A stretch of DNA of 64,000 nucleotides from Promethearchaeota archaeon. Its GTDB lineage: Archaea; Asgardarchaeota; Lokiarchaeia; Sigyniarchaeales; SOKP01. Position 1 is the first letter of the stretch. The number at the start of each line of letters is the position of its first letter. A program made the translations under genes and the position numbers. The stretch covers positions 32,001 through 96,000 of the forward strand of contig JAEOTR010000019.1 in NCBI GenBank assembly GCA_016839705.1, given 5' to 3'. Of this stretch, positions 59,127 through 64,000 are shown one piece after another. A model generated the notes under the pieces. The model had not been told where the DNA came from, did no database searches, and saw only the letters and a program-made list of their open reading frames with translations.

Positions 59127-59584
59127 GATTCTTTATTATTTTCTTTATATTTTTCAATGATTTTTTGTTTTATTTGGCTTGAGCTATGCAACTCATATTT
59201 TTTATAATAGATTTCAAGTTTTTTTACTTCAATATTGTTTAATCCCATATCTGTTAGACCTTTTTTAAGAGTTTTAATGCTATACTTTTGATCTGGGCCA
59301 AGTAAAACTATGTCTGGTTTTATATCCTTTACAGTCTTTAGGGTATCATTATCATGCCTTCCTAATTTTGCATCCTTGACATTTTTTATACTTTTCATGA
59401 CCGCTAGTCTTTGTTCTTCTGGAATAATTGGTGCTTCTCCTGAATACAATTCTCGATTTTTATCAGTAGCCACGACTACATAAACTTCTCCAAGTTTAGC
59501 GGCTTCGTTGATTAAATAAATATGTCCTGGATGTATTATATCGAATGTCCCTGCAATTAATACTTTTTTCGCTATTTTATTCAC
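59123..59584 (-). CDS. ribL: Archaeal FAD synthase
   Basis: GTFDIIHPGH, VVVATD, PDIVLLGPDQ, SSSQIK; ATGA overlap with ribK. Confidence 0.88.
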   Translation of the reverse strand: MNKIAKKVLIAGTFDIIHPGHIYLINEAAKLGEVYVVVATDKNRELYSGEAPIIPEEQRLAVMKSIKNVKDAKLGRHDNDTLKTVKDIKPDIVLLGPDQKYSIKTLKKGLTDMGLNNIEVKKLEIYYKKYELHSSSQIKQKIIEKYKENNKES

Positions 59585-59611
59585 CTATTCCCATAATTAC
59601 TCGCAAGATTT

Positions 59612-60238
59612 CTACAATTTTGAAGATCTATTATCATTTTCGAAACATTGTTTTAAATCATTCATTTGAATTGCTAGAGATATGTCTCCTCTAGTTTTTT
59701 CAATGATATTCCTAGCAACGTCAACTTTATGTCTTAAATCTTGAGTAACGCCAACGGGATAATCAACAGAGAATAGGATTGTATAAATCTCGTCCATACT
59801 CTCTAAAACAATATTTAATTCATTTGTTTGAGAGTTTCTAATATTATCTAACGCATATCTTCTTAATTCACCAATGACGTCTGCTAATCCAAGAGCAAAA
59901 TTTATAGGACTTATTTTCAGCTCTGAAGGTGGGGGTATTTCTTTATTACTAATAATTGAATAAAAGACTATTAATTCTGTATATTCCTGCTCTGGTGTCT
60001 TCAAGAATTTAGAAAACACCGCAGGATTCTTATTAACCAAGTTATTTAAGGTTTCAAGATCGATTTCAATTTTTTTTTTTTTCTCTTGAAACATACTGAA
60101 TTCTTTTCTATGAATATTTTTGATACCTATACTGCAATCTCGAACGATATTTCGAGATAACCGTAAAATTTTTTCTCTACTATTATAAAGTGCATCAAAT
60201 AAGTTAGATATTTCTGAAAAAGCTTTTTTAAGGTTCAT
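59612..60238 (-). CDS. Translin/Trax (C3PO)-family RNA-binding nuclease
   Basis: RE..LRLSR, QEYTE, LGLADVIGELRR, LRHKVDVAR. Confidence 0.88.
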   Translation of the reverse strand: MNLKKAFSEISNLFDALYNSREKILRLSRNIVRDCSIGIKNIHRKEFSMFQEKKKKIEIDLETLNNLVNKNPAVFSKFLKTPEQEYTELIVFYSIISNKEIPPPSELKISPINFALGLADVIGELRRYALDNIRNSQTNELNIVLESMDEIYTILFSVDYPVGVTQDLRHKVDVARNIIEKTRGDISLAIQMNDLKQCFENDNRSSKL

Positions 60239-60358
60239 GATGGTTCAAATAAATTTTAGTAACAATTATTTTGAACTTATAATTATCTATCAGAAGTAAT
60301 CAAAATATTTAGAATTTATTATAAACTTAAGGTAAACAAACAAAAAAATTGATCTCAT

Positions 60359-62419
60359 ATGAAAATCTTATTAATTCACTCTCAAGATGTTGAAGTTATC
60401 AAAAACAAAGAAGCAACTTCTAATCCTCAGGAGTTTTCAGAAGATTTCATAAAGATGGAAGGTTTAGTCTTAGTTTGTTATGTATCAGTTGAAGATCAAG
60501 ATACTTATGATACAAATCTAATTGCAAAACAGGGTGCTGAGGAAATTGAGGCAGCTATCTTACAAATTTCGGGTTTTCCAGAGGTTATTAGAGGACGAAA
60601 TGAAGAAATTAGAAATTACAATAATAAAATTGAGAAGAATGAAATAAAGGGAAAGCCAAGAAAATTGCTAGAATTAATCATGGATCACAGTAAGTATCGA
60701 GTAGATAAGGTCCTCGTTTATCCCTGGGCCCATTTGAGCAAATTTTTGAGTAATGAGGCAAATGCTATGGAAGTTTGTCCAAAGATTGCAAAAATTTTAC
60801 AAAATAAAGGAATTGAAGCAAAATTTTCACCTTTCGGCTGGTATAAGTCATTTAAAATTAATTGTTTAGGACATGAATTAGCTGAAATGTATAGAGATGT
60901 CAAACTAGCCATTAAACCCGAAGAACAAGTTAAAAATTCAACATTTAAGATAATTACCGAGTCAGGTAAAGAAATTGATTTAAAATTTGATGGACAAAAT
61001 AAACTTTTACCCTTAAAAGAAATTACTGATAAGGATTTTAACTTGTTTCTAAAATCCGAGTTAGGATCTAGAATAGTAGATAAAGCCGTTGAACCTGCTC
61101 ATATAAAAGTGATGAAAGAGTTTGAGCTCATTGACTTCGACAGAAATTCTGATGCGGGTAACCTTCGCTGGTATACCAAGGGTCTCATTATGAGGAATTT
61201 AATTAAAAATTTCGTTGAAGATAGAATAATAGATTATGGAGCAATTCTTATTGACACTCCAATAATGTATACCGTAAAAAACAAAAAATTAACTGCTCAA
61301 ACCGCCCGTTTTCCTGCAAGAAGTTATTGGCTTGAATCTGGAAAAGAGAGATTCATTTTGAGATATGCTAGTGATTTCCTTTTATTTGACCTTTTCTCTC
61401 AAATGAATTTAAAACCCCAATATTTCCCTCTAAGAGCATATGAGTATGAACAGTATGATTTTCGACGTGAACAAGAGGGAGAGCTTTCAGGATTAAGGAG
61501 ATTACGAGGTTTTATAATGCCTGATATGCATACACTCTGTAAGGATATAGATTCTTCGATTGATGAATTTAAAAAGCAATACACACTGATTAGAAAATTA
61601 GAAAATGATTTAGGCATAAAAACTTATGCGATTTTCAGAGTTACGCAAGAATTTTATAGTGAAAATAAAGACTGGATTATTGATTTAATTAAAACTGAAA
61701 AACAACCAGCCTTATTAGAGTTATGGGAAGACAGATATTATTATTATGTATTAAAATTTGAAAGGAATGTATTATCTGCTGAGAACAGAAGTGCTACATT
61801 AGCTACAAATCAAATTGATGTAGAAAGTTCATTAGAATTTATGGTTGATAATGATGGAGAAAGAAGGCAAAAGTATAACATTTCCTTCACTGATTCCGAT
61901 GGTCAAGTAAAACATCCTATAATCCTCCACAATTCACCTACGGGAGGTTTGGAGAGGGTTTTATGGGGCTTAATAGAATCTGCCATTCGGAATAAAGAAA
62001 CATTAGTACCTGGTTTTAAAACGTGGTTATCTCCTATTCAAGTACGTATTATTACTGTTTCAAATGAACAGAATGAGTATGCTAAAAGAATCCTTGATAT
62101 CATTAATGGACAGTCATATAGATGTGATTGGGATGACCGTGAAGAAACCGTTGGGAAAAAAATAAGGCAATCTGAAATTGAATGGATCCCTTATACTGTT
62201 ATCCTCGGTAAAAAGGAGCAGGATAACCAATCGGTATCTATTAGAAAAAGATTAATTGGTGAGCCCATTGGACCAAAGAAGCAGACATCTGAACAAACAA
62301 ATGATGTAAAATTGGATAAATTATTAGAAATGCTCGAAGATGATACAAGAAATTTTCCTAAATATAAATTACCAAAACCGTTTAGAAAATTTTCTACAAA
62401 GGTTTATTTCAGAAAATGA
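60359..62419 (+). CDS. thrS: Threonine--tRNA ligase (archaeal type, with N-terminal editing domain)
   Basis: MKILLIH, YPWAHLS, PFGWYKSF, FRREQEGEL.GLRRLR.F.MPDMH, HNSPTGGLER, WLSPIQVR. Confidence 0.96.
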   Translation: MKILLIHSQDVEVIKNKEATSNPQEFSEDFIKMEGLVLVCYVSVEDQDTYDTNLIAKQGAEEIEAAILQISGFPEVIRGRNEEIRNYNNKIEKNEIKGKPRKLLELIMDHSKYRVDKVLVYPWAHLSKFLSNEANAMEVCPKIAKILQNKGIEAKFSPFGWYKSFKINCLGHELAEMYRDVKLAIKPEEQVKNSTFKIITESGKEIDLKFDGQNKLLPLKEITDKDFNLFLKSELGSRIVDKAVEPAHIKVMKEFELIDFDRNSDAGNLRWYTKGLIMRNLIKNFVEDRIIDYGAILIDTPIMYTVKNKKLTAQTARFPARSYWLESGKERFILRYASDFLLFDLFSQMNLKPQYFPLRAYEYEQYDFRREQEGELSGLRRLRGFIMPDMHTLCKDIDSSIDEFKKQYTLIRKLENDLGIKTYAIFRVTQEFYSENKDWIIDLIKTEKQPALLELWEDRYYYYVLKFERNVLSAENRSATLATNQIDVESSLEFMVDNDGERRQKYNISFTDSDGQVKHPIILHNSPTGGLERVLWGLIESAIRNKETLVPGFKTWLSPIQVRIITVSNEQNEYAKRILDIINGQSYRCDWDDREETVGKKIRQSEIEWIPYTVILGKKEQDNQSVSIRKRLIGEPIGPKKQTSEQTNDVKLDKLLEMLEDDTRNFPKYKLPKPFRKFSTKVYFRK

Positions 62420-63042
62420 GTCAAATTAAATGTATTATTTTTGATTTAGGTGGAGTTATAGTAGATTTTGATTTCTCAAATTTTTATAATAGTATTATCA
62501 CTCAATCTCCGGTAAATAAACCTCAAACTCCAATTATCCTTGAATTTTTTCGTCAATCAGATATTTATCACCAAGGTTTAATAAATGATAAGGAATTTTA
62601 TCAGTTGGCGTGTGATCTACTCCAAGTTTGTGAAATCGATCAAGAACACTTCTTTACTGCTTTTAATAGCATAATCTCAGGATATAATTCTGAAATTGTA
62701 GAAATAATAAAGAAAATAAAGGAGGATACTAATATAAAACTTATTTGCTTATCAAATGTAAATTCTAGTCATTGGGAATTCCTTTTAAATAAAAAATGGG
62801 ATTTTTTTGATTATTTCGATGAATTTATTTTATCTCATAAAGTCCATATGACTAAGCCTGATGAAAAAATATTTCATTATGCTATAGAAAAAGCGGGATG
62901 TAATCCTGAAGAGATTATGTTCATAGATGATGGTTTAAATAACATCCGCTCAGCGGGTAAATTGGGTATAATCGGGATAAAATTCACAAATAAAGAAAAC
63001 CTGGTTGAAGAACTTAAAAATCTTCAAATTTTAGAAAATTAA
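62416..63042 (+). CDS. HAD-family phosphatase (YihX-like)
   Basis: FDLGGV, LSN, KPDEKIF, FIDD; ATGA overlap with thrS. Confidence 0.9.
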   Translation: MSQIKCIIFDLGGVIVDFDFSNFYNSIITQSPVNKPQTPIILEFFRQSDIYHQGLINDKEFYQLACDLLQVCEIDQEHFFTAFNSIISGYNSEIVEIIKKIKEDTNIKLICLSNVNSSHWEFLLNKKWDFFDYFDEFILSHKVHMTKPDEKIFHYAIEKAGCNPEEIMFIDDGLNNIRSAGKLGIIGIKFTNKENLVEELKNLQILEN

Positions 63043-63063
63043 ACAATCCTTTAATTTGACAGT

Positions 63064-63588
63064 TTATATTTCCCCTGCGTCCTGAAGGCACGCTCTAGCA
63101 ACTATTTCAAATGCTTTTTCTACGTTTTCCCCTGTTTTTGCTGAGGTTTCAAGATAAGTACAACCTAATCTTTTAGCAGAATCTTCTGCTTCTTCTTGAT
63201 CAACCTCTCTTTCCAAATCAACTTTATTGCCTATAAGCAGCATAGGTATAGTTCTTTTTATCGTTTTTTTAATTGAGCTAATCCAACCTGGAATTTTTAA
63301 AAGAGTTTGACTAGATGATAAATCAAACACACCAAGTGCGCCATTACTGCCTTTAAAATAAATAGTACGGAGTTTATGGAACTGAGGCTGACCTCCTATA
63401 TCCCATAAGAGAAGACGGACTTGTTTTCCGTCGATATCTACATCCTTTATCAAGAAAGTACTACCAATTGTTTTTTTTAAATCATCTCTAAAATAATCCT
63501 TAATATACCGTAATAATAAGCTTGTTTTACCCACACCTCCCGGTCCAAACAAGGTTATTTTGAATTTGTATTGTCCAATCCCAGACAT
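63064..63588 (-). CDS. Rab-like small GTPase
   Basis: GPGGVGKTS, TIG, WDIGGQ, YFKGS, GNKVDL, ETSAKTG. Confidence 0.95.
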   Translation of the reverse strand: MSGIGQYKFKITLFGPGGVGKTSLLLRYIKDYFRDDLKKTIGSTFLIKDVDIDGKQVRLLLWDIGGQPQFHKLRTIYFKGSNGALGVFDLSSSQTLLKIPGWISSIKKTIKRTIPMLLIGNKVDLEREVDQEEAEDSAKRLGCTYLETSAKTGENVEKAFEIVARACLQDAGEI

Positions 63589-63773
63589 TTTTAATCTCCT
63601 TGAAAGAATTTAATACTTGGTGTAATTTCTTAATTATTCAAATTTATTAATAATTCAAATGAATTAAAATATCATTTTATTCTTTGATTATAATTTAAAT
63701 TATCTTTTTAAGATATTTATATCTTTATAATAAAGCTTATTGATTTTTTAAAATCCAATATGTGAAATCCTTA

Positions 63774-64000
63774 TCAATTATTATTCTTTTTTTTCTCTCT
63801 ACTACCGAGTTTACTCATTAGCCATTCCGGTGATCCCACGCCATTAAAAAATTTATGCCAAATATACATCAGCAAGCCCAAAAATCCACTATAAGCGGCA
63901 AACACAAAACACGCAAATGTGATTGGAAACTGACCAAGATATAGGGGAAGAAACATAAATTGAATAAGAAAAAGGCTGAGAGAAACATTCCCAAAGAAAA
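63774..64000 (-). CDS. Membrane protein C-terminus (DUF418/acyltransferase-like), 5'-truncated by the window
   Basis: The frame is open to the window edge (FFGNVSLSLFLIQF...) and ends W...GSPEWLM. Confidence 0.5.
   Translation of the reverse strand, partial: FFGNVSLSLFLIQFMFLPLYLGQFPITFACFVFAAYSGFLGLLMYIWHKFFNGVGSPEWLMSKLGSREKKKNNN

Noticed and set aside
450-61617. Many short antisense or overlapping ORFs in the six-frame track (e.g. 450-674, 3421-3687, 5756-6052, 19734-20021, 38546-38824, 48444-48692, 51275-51463)
   Set aside because: They are shadows of well-supported genes on another frame or strand and have no motifs of their own.
1-64000. CRISPR arrays, rRNA genes, IS elements
   Set aside because: No regularly spaced repeats, long GC-rich RNA segments or transposase-like ORFs were seen.

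Overview
A very AT-rich, gene-dense archaeal chromosomal segment. Its gene content points to an Asgard archaeon, probably Lokiarchaeia: a Rab-like small GTPase, a longin-like protein, PCI-like winged-helix proteins, an archaeal histone, proteasome beta, a JAB/MPN protease, rps8e, srp19, archaeal-type gltX and thrS, and ribK/ribL. It holds about 50 CDSs and two tRNA genes, Pro(GGG) and Arg(GCG), both with insertions in the variable region. I saw no integrase, transposase or CRISPR array. The most notable observations are: (1) an orphan CheR-coiled-coil-CheD fusion (~709 codons) split by one in-frame TGA, with the CheD catalytic Cys replaced by Gly, directly downstream of a longin/winged-helix gene; (2) a 1470-aa protein joining a prenyltransferase-beta-like repeat domain, several PCI-like winged helices, long coiled coils and a C-terminal two-TM anchor; (3) a membrane-anchored legumain/Gpi8-like C13 peptidase with an inserted carbohydrate-binding-like module, next to an Ig-like protein with a C-terminal sorting-signal-like tail; (4) an adaptin/COPI appendage-like protein; (5) non-canonical tRNA introns; (6) a tandem pair of uncharacterised paralogs sharing a Gly-rich motif. 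All family assignments come from motif recognition by eye; no database searches were run.
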